Shown here in pieces: positions 18,536-29,183 of a DNA stretch of 64,000 nucleotides (position 1 is its first letter; every line of letters begins with the position of its first letter). Source of the stretch: Anaeromyxobacter sp. (GTDB lineage Bacteria > Myxococcota > Myxococcia > Myxococcales > Anaeromyxobacteraceae). The position numbers and the translations under genes are program-made. The stretch is from NCBI GenBank assembly GCA_049840735.1, contig JASGJN010000020.1, positions 800,001 through 864,000 on the forward strand. Reading direction: 5' to 3'. Below the pieces are notes generated by a model that saw only the letters and a list, made by a program, of their open reading frames with translations, was not told the origin of the DNA and searched no databases.

Positions 18536-21033
18536 CAGCCCCTCAGGATGTTCGCGGCCTCGAACATGTCCCCACTCCTCGCGCCACTGATCCGAATCCG
18601 CGCGAGCCCCTGGACCACTTCTCGGAGTCGGTCGATTTGGTCCCCCTGCAGTGCGGCAACGCCTGCCTGGACCAGCTCAGCGAACCGCCTCCTGTCCAGG
18701 AAGTCATCCGGGGAGTCAACCATCGACTTGAACCGCCCGACGACGAACCAGTCCTGCCGCCACAGAATCTCGAATCCGCGTCCCCTCACCTCGTCGATGA
18801 TGTTCTCGAAGTCCTTGTCGCGCGTATCCACGGCCCTCTGAGCGGTCAGGAAGAGCGCATCGACAGCCTTGATCTCGGCAGGCCGCGCGTGAGGTCTGAT
18901 GAGCTTGTCAAACGAGGCCGTCAGCTCATCGAGCTCGATCTGCCGGATCTCCCTCGAGTGTTCCATTCGGACATCCGCGAGGAGCTTCTTGGCCTCAAGC
19001 ACGTCGTCGCGGGCTTGCTTCGCTGTCTCGGGATCTTGCTCTGCCGGCCTGAGCGCTGCTGCTGCCGACAGCTTCTCGCGCGCCTCGTCAATCTTGGGAT
19101 TGTCGATACGTTCGGCGAGCTTGTCGAGCCGCTCGTTCGCTTCCTCGACGTCCCTCACGATCTTCGCACCGGCCGCCGTGAAATCGACTTGCCCGTCCTG
19201 TCGCGAGTAGTAGTTCCGCCCCGAGTGAAACGAGGCACCGATCCGGGGGACCGAGACTTCGAGCGTGATGAGCCCACTGTCCGTGATCTCGTACTCGCAT
19301 ACGAGATCATCACCTGCGGCGATGACTCCGTCCTCGAAGTCCGTCCCGACGATCTTCATCGAGCCGACGAACTCGTTGTCATGGATGACATCCTTGATTT
19401 CGCCTTCCCAGAGTTTGATGTTGATCGAGCCGGAGGTCTGCGCTCGAAGCGACTCCCCCGCCTTGAATTGGGCCTTCCCTTTCTTCGGGAGTGGGTCGCC
19501 CTGCTTCAGCAGGTACTCCGAAACCGAGCGGCCTCCCATCTTGTCCAGAGCCTCGACGAAGACTGAGTGAGACGCCGGGATTGCGTCGATCGTCGCCGCC
19601 GTTCGAGCGATGACGATTCGGTTGGACTCGAGCGGTATCGATGCCCCGCTCGAATCGAACGCGAACACCTTGAACTGATGCTCTCCCTGCACTGGGAGCT
19701 GCAACTCGACGGCGGTACCGTCCGACAACGGGAGACGGCCGGAGGTCCAGCCCGTGTCGAGGCTGTCGACCTGGAACTCGGCGCCGACCGGACGGGGGCC
19801 CTCGACCTTCGCCACGACTCGAGCTTTTGCTTGCGTGGTCCTCGCGTTGAAGACGAAGGAGACCTTAACCAGCCCGGTGGCTGCGACCGACCCCTTAGAA
19901 CCCTTGCGGCTTCGGCTGGACGAGCTCCAGTCGATCGACTCGGCGAAGACCGCAGCGCCCTCCGCGACCGCGGTCATCGGGTTCACTTCCGTGCTCCCGC
20001 GGACCCCAAGCTCCTCGCAGACCCTGTCTCGCAGAGGCTTGTATTGGGTAGGACCACCGACAAATACGACCCCCCGTTTGACATCCTCCGCGCGGAAGCC
20101 CGACCTCGCCAGGGTCTCCTTCGTGGCCCGGATCGAATCGTCCACCTTTTGCGAGATGAGCCGGTCGTACTGCTGCCGCGAGATCTCGACCTCGAAGTAG
20201 ACGTCAGAACCGGAACGATCCTTGACTGCGACCTCCCGCTCGTCGAGTCGCACCACGGCGGTTTCGTTCGCGGACAGCTCGATCTTGGCCCTTTCTGTCG
20301 CCCAAGTGGCGACCTGCACCAGCTTGCGCCAAGCCGGGTCTTCAAGAAGCGCGTCCGGCAGATCGAAGTTGGAACGCAACCAGGGAGCGACAACGTCAGT
20401 AACGAGTGCCCGGTCGAAGTCGCGCCCGCCGCACATGGCGATGCCGCCGTGCGCGTGAAGCGTGACGCGGCCGCCGATGCTCTCCGCGATGGCGATGTCG
20501 AGCGTGCCGCCACCCAGGTCGTAGATGACGAAGATGCCGTCGTCGCGGTTCCCCCGCATGACGCTCATGACGGCTGCGACGGGCTCCTGCATGAGCGCGA
20601 CCTTCCCCAACTCTGCGAGTTCGGCCGCCTGGAGAGTCGCGTCCTTCTGCATCTGGCTGAACGCAGCAGGGACAGTGATCACGGTCCCTGTTTCAGGAGC
20701 CCGCCGGACCTCCTCGGGAAGGTAACCAAACAGGGTCCGGAGGATCTCCGCGGAACACTGCTCCGGGGAAAGCGTCAGGCCGGCAGCCGGCAGGGAGATT
20801 GGCGTTCCCGTACCCATCAGTCGCTTGAATCGCAGTGCCGCTGCGTCCTCGTACTTCGGTGCGCTGTCGTAGGCGCGGATGCCGACGAGACGGCCGCCGC
20901 GCTTCTGGTACAGGAGCGCGGAAGGCGTTACGTCGTTCTGCTCCGGACTCTTCCACAGCCGCACAGCCTTACCGTCGAATGTCGCGATCGCGCTGTTCGT
21001 TGTCCCGAGGTCGATTCCGACGTAGTGCCTCAT
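18535..21033 (-). CDS. Atypical Hsp70/DnaK-family protein, 832 aa (gene 2)
   Basis: [56 protein letters not shown] at 21033 overlaps the upstream stop (ATGA). Confidence 0.93.
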   Translation of the reverse strand: MRHYVGIDLGTTNSAIATFDGKAVRLWKSPEQNDVTPSALLYQKRGGRLVGIRAYDSAPKYEDAAALRFKRLMGTGTPISLPAAGLTLSPEQCSAEILRTLFGYLPEEVRRAPETGTVITVPAAFSQMQKDATLQAAELAELGKVALMQEPVAAVMSVMRGNRDDGIFVIYDLGGGTLDIAIAESIGGRVTLHAHGGIAMCGGRDFDRALVTDVVAPWLRSNFDLPDALLEDPAWRKLVQVATWATERAKIELSANETAVVRLDEREVAVKDRSGSDVYFEVEISRQQYDRLISQKVDDSIRATKETLARSGFRAEDVKRGVVFVGGPTQYKPLRDRVCEELGVRGSTEVNPMTAVAEGAAVFAESIDWSSSSRSRKGSKGSVAATGLVKVSFVFNARTTQAKARVVAKVEGPRPVGAEFQVDSLDTGWTSGRLPLSDGTAVELQLPVQGEHQFKVFAFDSSGASIPLESNRIVIARTAATIDAIPASHSVFVEALDKMGGRSVSEYLLKQGDPLPKKGKAQFKAGESLRAQTSGSINIKLWEGEIKDVIHDNEFVGSMKIVGTDFEDGVIAAGDDLVCEYEITDSGLITLEVSVPRIGASFHSGRNYYSRQDGQVDFTAAGAKIVRDVEEANERLDKLAERIDNPKIDEAREKLSAAAALRPAEQDPETAKQARDDVLEAKKLLADVRMEHSREIRQIELDELTASFDKLIRPHARPAEIKAVDALFLTAQRAVDTRDKDFENIIDEVRGRGFEILWRQDWFVVGRFKSMVDSPDDFLDRRRFAELVQAGVAALQGDQIDRLREVVQGLARIRISGARSGDMFEAANILRG

Positions 21034-21386
21034 GCATTCGCCTTCCGAAGGAGCACGGTTCCTGCCCGAACGAGCTGGCTCTCGCCCATGAGGATGGGCT
21101 CGAGCATCTGGTCGATGACGAGTGCATCGTCGGCCGCGAAGTCTCCGAGGTTCAGCGGAGTGACGGCGGCCCCGGGATCGAACGGTTGGTTCTCGACGTT
21201 TACGAGCCGCAACCCTGCGGCATCGAGCGATTCCGTCAGCTTCTTGACGTACCACCGCAACTGGCTCTCGTAGCGAGCCTTCTCGCCGGCATCGAGCCTG
21301 GCGAGCATTCTCACGAACACTCGCGTGAAGCGCCAGGACTCGACAGCCATGTCGATGAGCGCCTTGCGTTCGTTCGAATCGTTCAT
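21030..21386 (-). CDS. Short GrpE-like protein (gene 1)
   Basis: LDAAGLRLVNVENQPFDPG...IDQMLEPILMGESQLVRAGTVLL matches the GrpE head pattern; AAGGAG upstream. Confidence 0.7.
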   Translation of the reverse strand: MNDSNERKALIDMAVESWRFTRVFVRMLARLDAGEKARYESQLRWYVKKLTESLDAAGLRLVNVENQPFDPGAAVTPLNLGDFAADDALVIDQMLEPILMGESQLVRAGTVLLRKANA

Positions 21387-22019
21387 GGAGCGTCGTCTCT
21401 CCTTGGTCTCGCTCACTCTGGACGCTGCGCTCCTGACTCCGAGAACGCTTCAGCTCATTCGAGAATGATGCGGAAGTCTTTGCCCGCTGTCGAGATCTCG
21501 CCTGCTCCGCGGGAGTGGAGTTTCGACACCAACGTTAGGCCCTGCCACTCCACTTTCGAACTGTGCCGCTGAAATGTGATCGAGGCGACCGGTACTGCTG
21601 CGAGTGCCAGGCCGCCGCACGGGTTAGCTGCATCCGCGCCGCTCGCCTGTGCCACCGCAGGTCCGCGAAATGACGGGCGGATCAGCGGGGCGTCGGCGAT
21701 CGCCGCGCCCGCCGCCGCTGGACACGCCTATCGCTCACATACGCGGTGTCGGCTTCCTCGCCACCTGCAGCAGCGCCTTCGTCTACGCAACGGTGGACGG
21801 CGGTCCGGCGGCGTGGATTAGGCCTTACAGCGGGTCACCGCGGCCGGCTGGCGCGTTACGATGGACACCGCCTCCGCAGTGCCTCGCGGCGGCGCGTTGC
21901 TCATTTTCAAGGCCAACCGCCGGGGGGCCTCGGAGCAATGCACCCGAGTGATCAACGCTCCAGGGCGGCGTCGTTCCTCGCCCGCCCGCGACCACGAGCG
22001 ACGACTAAGAAACCTCTCA

Positions 22020-22262
22020 CTAGATGTAAGTGAGGATCAGGATATCGTCCGGGTCCCAGTGCGCCAGCACGGAGTTCTCTCGAGCGAGTTGCTGCCGCGT
22101 CTTCGCGCCCGAGGCGATCGCTGCCTCGTCCCGCGCCTTGTCCTGAGCCTTCGCGGCGCGGAAGGGCGTCATCGGGCGCGAGGGACCCACGCGACGGCCC
22201 CAGCACGACCAGTCATCTGGAGCAGTAGGGGCCCGCGTGTCGCGGGGTTTCCGGTACGCCAT
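22020..22262 (-). CDS. Small hypothetical protein (80 aa)
   Basis: ORF downstream of and co-oriented with the XRE regulator; no recognisable motif. Confidence 0.35.
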   Translation of the reverse strand: MAYRKPRDTRAPTAPDDWSCWGRRVGPSRPMTPFRAAKAQDKARDEAAIASGAKTRQQLARENSVLAHWDPDDILILTYI

Positions 22263-22330
22263 GGTTGATACGTACCACCGGCAAACTCTGCGCGCCACCA
22301 CCCCCGGAACGCCTCGCCGGCTGCGGGCGC

Positions 22331-22570
22331 CTACCTGGACCGCTCCTGCGGACCCCCGAGCAGCTCCCAGAGGTCCACCCCGATCGCCGCGCTGACCCTC
22401 AGCAGCGTCCGGATGGTCGGGTTGACGGCCCCCTGCTCCAGCCGCTGGTACCGTTTGTAGTCGATGCCGCTGCTTGCGGCGACGGCCTCTTGCGTGAGGT
22501 CCGCCCGCACTCGCGCCGCGCGGATGCGCCGCCCGACTTCCTTGAGGGCCTTCGTCTCGGTGGTCGGCAT
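22331..22570 (-). CDS. XRE-family HTH transcriptional regulator
   Basis: VGRRIRAARVRADLTQEAVAASSGIDYKRYQRLEQGAVNPTIRTLLRVSAAIGV. Confidence 0.9.
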   Translation of the reverse strand: MPTTETKALKEVGRRIRAARVRADLTQEAVAASSGIDYKRYQRLEQGAVNPTIRTLLRVSAAIGVDLWELLGGPQERSR

Positions 22571-22591
22571 GCGCCGCCGAGAATCGATGGC

Positions 22592-22620
22592 TTGGGAAGA
22601 TCAGGACACCGCACTATAAT
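22592..22620 (+). promoter_or_regulatory. Sigma70-like promoter in the divergent XRE intergenic region
   Basis: TTGGGA-N17-TATAAT (22615-22620); ATG at 22629 only 8 nt downstream; overlapping TATAGT on the minus strand. Confidence 0.55.
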
Positions 22621-22628
22621 ACGGTGCC

Positions 22629-23160
22629 ATGTTCGAATCCGCCCGCGAGTTCTACGAAGCCGACCCGACCGTTCGCACCGTCCGGCTTGGACATTCCCGC
22701 ATCGTCATCCCCGCCGTGAAGCCAGTGAGCGAGGATCTCCCTGACCCGGGATCCCAGCCTTCGCATGTACAACGGCGACCTCATCCGATGCGTCACTGTG
22801 GCCGCCTGGTGTGGCAACGCCGCGGCCCTGCGGGCCCACGACGAGTGGGAGCGAACGATCACGCGCGAGCGCCTGGGTCCCGAGGCCGATCCGCTCCTCG
22901 GCTGGCACGAGCTAGGTTCCCTGGCTCCTGGTGGAGCGGCGCTCGAGGAGTTCGACTTCAGTGCGTGCAACCACTGGATCATCGCCGAGGCGATCCGCGG
23001 CCAGTTCTGGTGGAGGGCCGTCGAGCGGGCGGAGTGGTTTCCGGCGGCTCGAGCGTGCCTGGAGTCAATGAAGGCCCCGCGGCCGATGCCCCGGTCGAGG
23101 CACCGGAGCCGCACAGGTCGACGTCGCCCGGGCGGCGACCGTCGCGACAGGGCACGGTAG
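22629..23160 (+). CDS. Hypothetical protein divergent from XRE (+1 frameshift at ~22740)
   Basis: MFESAREFYEADPTVRTVRLGHSRIVIPAVKPVSEDL joins LTRDPSLRMYNGDLIRCV...CNHWIIAEAIRGQFWW after removing one C. Confidence 0.55.
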
Positions 23161-23615
23161 CACCGGGCACTCGACTGAAACCGCTTCTCAGCGTTGCCGG
23201 GCGCGTGGCCACCGTCCCGGCCAAGCGACCTCCCCTGCCTTCCTCACGATCTCCCGCGACTCCCCCGTCCCTGGCTCAGTCTTCCGCCTACCCGACTGGC
23301 CTGGGGCCTCCTCACTCTCCACGCCTGACCCGGCCCCGAACTCGTCGCCTGTCTTCAGCTTAGCCACCCCGGCCTTCATCCAAGCACCCGACCACCTCGG
23401 CCCAGCCTTTCTTCCCTTCTTCCTCCCTCTCCCCTCCGACTTCCACAGGCATCCCCTGCTCGCGCCCCAACCCTGCAACTTCCATTTTCTGACACTCCCA
23501 ACACCACCCTCATCCTCCCCCTTCTCCCCTTCTCGTCATCCATCTCTCCACTACCTCACTCCTCATCCATCCTCCAATCCGACCTTCCCTCCGCTTCCTC
23601 CTGTTTCACTCACCA

Positions 23616-23676
23616 CTCACCCCGCTCCGACCCCTTACTCCAAGTCGTCGGGAGTGAGGGGTCGGAGCGGGGTGAG
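23616..23676. repeat. 26-bp inverted repeat (hairpin, 9-nt loop)
   Basis: ctcaccccgctccgaccccttactcc-aagtcgtcg-ggagtgaggggtcggagcggggtgag, one mismatch. Confidence 0.9.
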
Positions 23677-24291
23677 CCATTTCGTGCGCTTATCGCAAGT
23701 CCCGGCATGAGCAGGAACGTCGTGTGTTCTTCAGCGTTTCCCTCATCTGGCCGTCACCCTCGGTGACGCTCAGGGTGCCTACACCCCTGGCAATCCGAAT
23801 CGCCAGGGCTGTAGGCAGGCAAACGCATCCCGCAGTTGCCTGGCGTTCTGCCTGCCTACACCCCCGTTCGACGCAGAGGACGGAGCGCCGGCGGCGAGTT
23901 CGCCGCTTGCGCAACCTCGGTCGAACTTGTCGAGGCAGGCGCGGCGGAGTTCCCATTCTGTGCGCCCATGACTGGTCCCACGCCTCCCTGAACCTCGCAA
24001 TCAACCAACCACCTCTCGCTGCGGTTGATTGCGCTCGCGGGCTGGTCATGCCACGCGGGCTGGCCCGGGCCGGTGCGCGCCGAGTCCGCACCACCACCGA
24101 GCATCTGGGCCACTCCGTGGCTGCGCCCCAGCGGGTTGCGGTGGCCGCCATCCCCGGGTTGACTGCGCTCCACCTTGCCCTGGGTTCGCGAGGACCCGAT
24201 TTGTATTCTATTTGCACTACATTGAGATCACGATTGCGTGTCTCACTAACAACGATTTGACCTTTTCTGAGCCCCCGGGCAGGATGAACCG

Positions 24292-24794
24292 ATGCCCTCG
24301 GCGCGCTCCCAGCGATCCAGAAGGCGTGGCACGCCCGCAGAGACGAGCGACTCGCTCCAGCTCGCGCTGCCCGGGCTGACTGGCGTGGAGCCGGGTTCTC
24401 CCGCCCCCGGAGAAAGCACTCGGCCGGAGGATCCGCCCTACCCCGAGCCTCGACGCCAGCCGGTGACCGCACCCCAGGAGCGCGAGACGTCTGTCGCCGC
24501 TCCATGCGCGATGAAGCAAGCGCCCTCTCGCGAAGCGCCCAGCACGCGAGAGGAGCGCCTTGCACCCCCTGCCGCGGAGCAAACGCCCGCCCCGCCTTCC
24601 AAGCAACCCCCGCGCCGCGAACACAGTCTTGAGGTCCGCGTCGATCGCACCGGCTCCGACTCCTCGATACGCCGCATCACGAACCAGTACGTGGACCGCG
24701 CCGCCAGGATCGCCGCCAAGCTCTATCTGGAGGACCGGCTCCCGCCGCTCACCGGAGTCGGGCCCATCAACCCTGCCCTCCTGGGGAAGAAGCC

Positions 24795-24798
<4 letters not shown>
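24292..24798 (+). CDS. Hypothetical protein coupled to the recombinase (candidate accessory or directionality factor)
   Basis: GTGA overlap with the recombinase start; Pro-rich N-part, compact C-part; AT-rich region at ~24195-24270 upstream. Confidence 0.5.
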
Positions 24799-26520
<1,722 letters not shown>

Positions 26521-26548
26521 GGTGGGAAAGTCGTTGAAGCGAGGCGGA

Positions 26549-26577
26549 CTTCTACCGGTGACCCCGCCTTGGGTCAA
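26549..26577 (-). promoter_or_regulatory. tRNA promoter
   Basis: TTGACC-N17-TAGAAG on the minus strand ~30 nt upstream of the tRNA. Confidence 0.55.
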
Positions 26578-26626
26578 GCAGTTTCTCGCGTTCGCCCGTG
26601 GGGGCGGGTGAGCGCCTGGCTGGGAC

Positions 26627-27466
26627 TCACGAACGCGCACGGAGGACGGCTCCGGGCACCAGCAGCACCGCCGCCAAGGCCACCATGGTGGCGCCGGTGG
26701 GGAGCTCCCACAGCCAGCTCAGCACGTACCCTCCGCCTGCGGCGACGAGGCCGATGATGGTCGCGATCAGGAAGGCGGCCTTGAACGACGCCCGGCCGAG
26801 CAGGGCTGCGCCGGCGGGCAGGGTCAGGAAGGCGAACACGGGGAGCGCGCCGAGGGCCCTGGCGGTCACGGGGATGGCCAGGCCGATGGTCAGGAAGAGC
26901 AGCGCGTCCCAAAAGCCCACGGACATCCCCAGGGCGCGGGCGGTCTCGGGGTCGAAAGACACGAAGGCCAGCTCCTTCGTGAACACCAGATGCACGGCCA
27001 GGCAGAGCGCGGCCACCACGGCGATCACGGCCAGGTCGCCGGCGGGCACGGCCACGGCGTTCCCGAACACCATGCCGCCGAGGTCGTGCGCGGCGTGGAC
27101 GAGCTGGCTCACGCCCAGCACCACCAGCGCGGACGCGGTGATCCAGACGGCGCCGACGGCGGCCTCGGCGGGGATGCGCCGCGAGCGGAACGCGCCCAGC
27201 AGGAGCGCCCCCACAACCGAGAAGGCGATGGCCACGGCCAGCTGCTCGGAGGCGTGCTCGGTCTGGACGTGGAACCGCTCCTCCACCAGCAGCGTGCTCA
27301 CCAGCCCCAGGGTCGAGAGCTGCGTCAGCGCCGCCGAGACGAACACGGTCCGGCGCAGCACCACGTAGACGCCCAGCGCGCCCAGCAGCGCGCCGGACAG
27401 CACCGAGGCGGCGAGCGGGACCTCCCAGATGTCGCGCGCCTCGAGGAACCCTTGCAGCGCGCTCAC
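26627..27466 (-). CDS. Zn/Mn ABC transporter permease (ZnuB/MntB-like)
   Basis: LGVYVVLRRTVFVSAAL, KELAFVSFDPETARALG; multiple TM segments. Confidence 0.9.
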   Translation of the reverse strand: MSALQGFLEARDIWEVPLAASVLSGALLGALGVYVVLRRTVFVSAALTQLSTLGLVSTLLVEERFHVQTEHASEQLAVAIAFSVVGALLLGAFRSRRIPAEAAVGAVWITASALVVLGVSQLVHAAHDLGGMVFGNAVAVPAGDLAVIAVVAALCLAVHLVFTKELAFVSFDPETARALGMSVGFWDALLFLTIGLAIPVTARALGALPVFAFLTLPAGAALLGRASFKAAFLIATIIGLVAAGGGYVLSWLWELPTGATMVALAAVLLVPGAVLRARS

Positions 27467-28242
27467 GGCCGCACCTCCCCGTCGGTCGGGTACACGAGCC
27501 TGCGCCCGTCCAGCTCGCGCACGGCCACGGACCGCCCGTAGAGCGCGCCCAGCGCGGCGGGCTGGAGCATCTCGTCCAGCGGCCCCACCTTGAAGAGCGC
27601 CTTGTCCTTGTCCACGAACGCCAGCGTGCGGGCGTAGTTGGCCACCGCCTCGAGCCGGTGCGAGACCATCACGATGGCCAGCTCGCCGCCCTGGTGGATC
27701 TGGCGGAGCAGGTCCATGGTGGCCAGCTCGGCGGCGGGGTCCATGCCGTTGGTGGGCTCGTCCAGCACCAGCAGCTCCGGCCTGGCCGCCAGCGCCCGCG
27801 CGATCAGCGTCCGCTGCCGCTGGCCGCCGGAGAGCTCGCCGTAGGGGTGATCGTGCAGGTGCGCGATGCCGACCCGCTCCAGCGCCTGCCGCACGGCGGC
27901 GCGGTCCTCGGCGCCGGGGCGCCGCCAGGGCCCGAGCCCGGGCACGCGGCCCATCAGCGCCACCTCCCCGGCGCGGAAGGGCCAGATGGCGTCCACGTGC
28001 TCGCGCTGCGGCACATAGCCGATGCGCAGCCCGCGCCGCAGCCGCCGCTGCCCGGAGACGAGCGGCAGCGCGCCCAGCGCGGTCCGGACCAGGGTGGTCT
28101 TCCCGCCGCCGTTGGGCCCGACCACGGCCAGGAAGTCGCCGGGCAGCACGGCCAGCGCCACGCCGGACAGCAGCGGCCGGCGGCCGTAGCCCACCGCGGC
28201 CGCGGACAGCTCCACCAGCGGCTCGCCTGCGGCCCCGCTCAT
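27463..28242 (-). CDS. Zn/Mn ABC transporter ATP-binding protein
   Basis: GPNGGGKT, IGYVPQ, LSGGQRQR, LLVLDEPT. Confidence 0.92.
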   Translation of the reverse strand: MSGAAGEPLVELSAAAVGYGRRPLLSGVALAVLPGDFLAVVGPNGGGKTTLVRTALGALPLVSGQRRLRRGLRIGYVPQREHVDAIWPFRAGEVALMGRVPGLGPWRRPGAEDRAAVRQALERVGIAHLHDHPYGELSGGQRQRTLIARALAARPELLVLDEPTNGMDPAAELATMDLLRQIHQGGELAIVMVSHRLEAVANYARTLAFVDKDKALFKVGPLDEMLQPAALGALYGRSVAVRELDGRRLVYPTDGEVRP

Positions 28243-29174
28243 CGCAGCGCCCCGGTGATGCGGGTCACCAGCGCGTCGAGGTACTTCGGGTAGTCGGTGA
28301 TCCCCGGCTCGCCGCCCACGTCGCCGGGGATCTGCACCACCTTGGCGCCGGAGTGGCGCGCCACCACCTCGGACGACCGCGTGTCATAGTAGTTCTCCAC
28401 CACGATGGCCTTCACGCCCTTCTGCTGCGCCAGCTGCACCAGCTCGGCCAGGTGGCTGGGCGGCGGCGGCGTGCCGGGGCGGGGCTCCAGCTCGCCCGCG
28501 GAGACCAGCCCGGACCAGTCGAGGAAGTACGTCAGCGTCCGGTGCTGCGAGTAGATGGCCTTGCCGCGCACCGCCGCCAGCGCGGCCCCCCAGCGCGCCT
28601 GGTCGGCCTGGAGCGCCTTCCGGAAGGCGGCCAGGTTGGCCTGGTAGGCGGCCGCGCCGCCCGGATCGAGCTGGGAGAGCTTCTGCGCCAGGGCTGCCGC
28701 CACCTCCAGCCCGCGGCGCGGGTCGTCCAGGTAGTGCGGGTTGCCGGCCGGGTGCAGGTCGCCGCTGGAGCGGTCCACGGGGCCGGTGGGCACGTCCAGC
28801 ACCTGGATGGCCTGGGCCGCGGTGAGCCGGCGCTTGCCGCCGGGCTGGATCTCGCCGTTGCGCGACTGGGTCACGAGCGGCGGCAGCCAGCCAATCTCCA
28901 GGTCCAGCCCGATGTCCACCAGCAGCTCGGCGTTGCGCAGCTTCACCGCCAGCATGGGGTTGGCGTCCACGAAGTGCGGGTCCTGAACGCCCTTCGACAG
29001 GCTCTCGACGGAGACGCGGTCACCGCCCACGGCGCGGGCCAGGCTGGCCAGCCCCTCGGTGGTGGTGACCACGCGCAGCGCCGCGGCGGCGCGCGAGGGG
29101 ACGGCCAGGGCCAGGGCCGCCAGCAGCGCGGCGGCGGCGAGGCGGCGGAACGAAGACGTCTTTGGGCAGCTCAT
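28239..29174 (-). CDS. Zn/Mn ABC transporter substrate-binding protein
   Basis: Signal peptide, QDPHFVD, GDLHPAGNPHYLDDP. Confidence 0.9.
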   Translation of the reverse strand: MSCPKTSSFRRLAAAALLAALALAVPSRAAAALRVVTTTEGLASLARAVGGDRVSVESLSKGVQDPHFVDANPMLAVKLRNAELLVDIGLDLEIGWLPPLVTQSRNGEIQPGGKRRLTAAQAIQVLDVPTGPVDRSSGDLHPAGNPHYLDDPRRGLEVAAALAQKLSQLDPGGAAAYQANLAAFRKALQADQARWGAALAAVRGKAIYSQHRTLTYFLDWSGLVSAGELEPRPGTPPPPSHLAELVQLAQQKGVKAIVVENYYDTRSSEVVARHSGAKVVQIPGDVGGEPGITDYPKYLDALVTRITGALR

Positions 29175-29183
29175 GTGCGCCTC

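Noticed and set aside
21034..21255. N-terminal extension of the 906-aa Hsp70 ORF
   Set aside because: Overlaps the GrpE-like gene; ATG at 21033 gives ATGA coupling and the canonical GIDLGTTNS start
21455..21730. Possible sixth gene upstream of the GrpE-like ORF
   Set aside because: Short frame with no ATG or RBS and an in-frame stop at 21730; cannot be supported, though a decayed gene is not excluded
23690..24290. ORFs between the hairpin and the integrase module
   Set aside because: Overlapping Arg/Ala-rich frames with no motif or RBS; likely non-coding or regulatory
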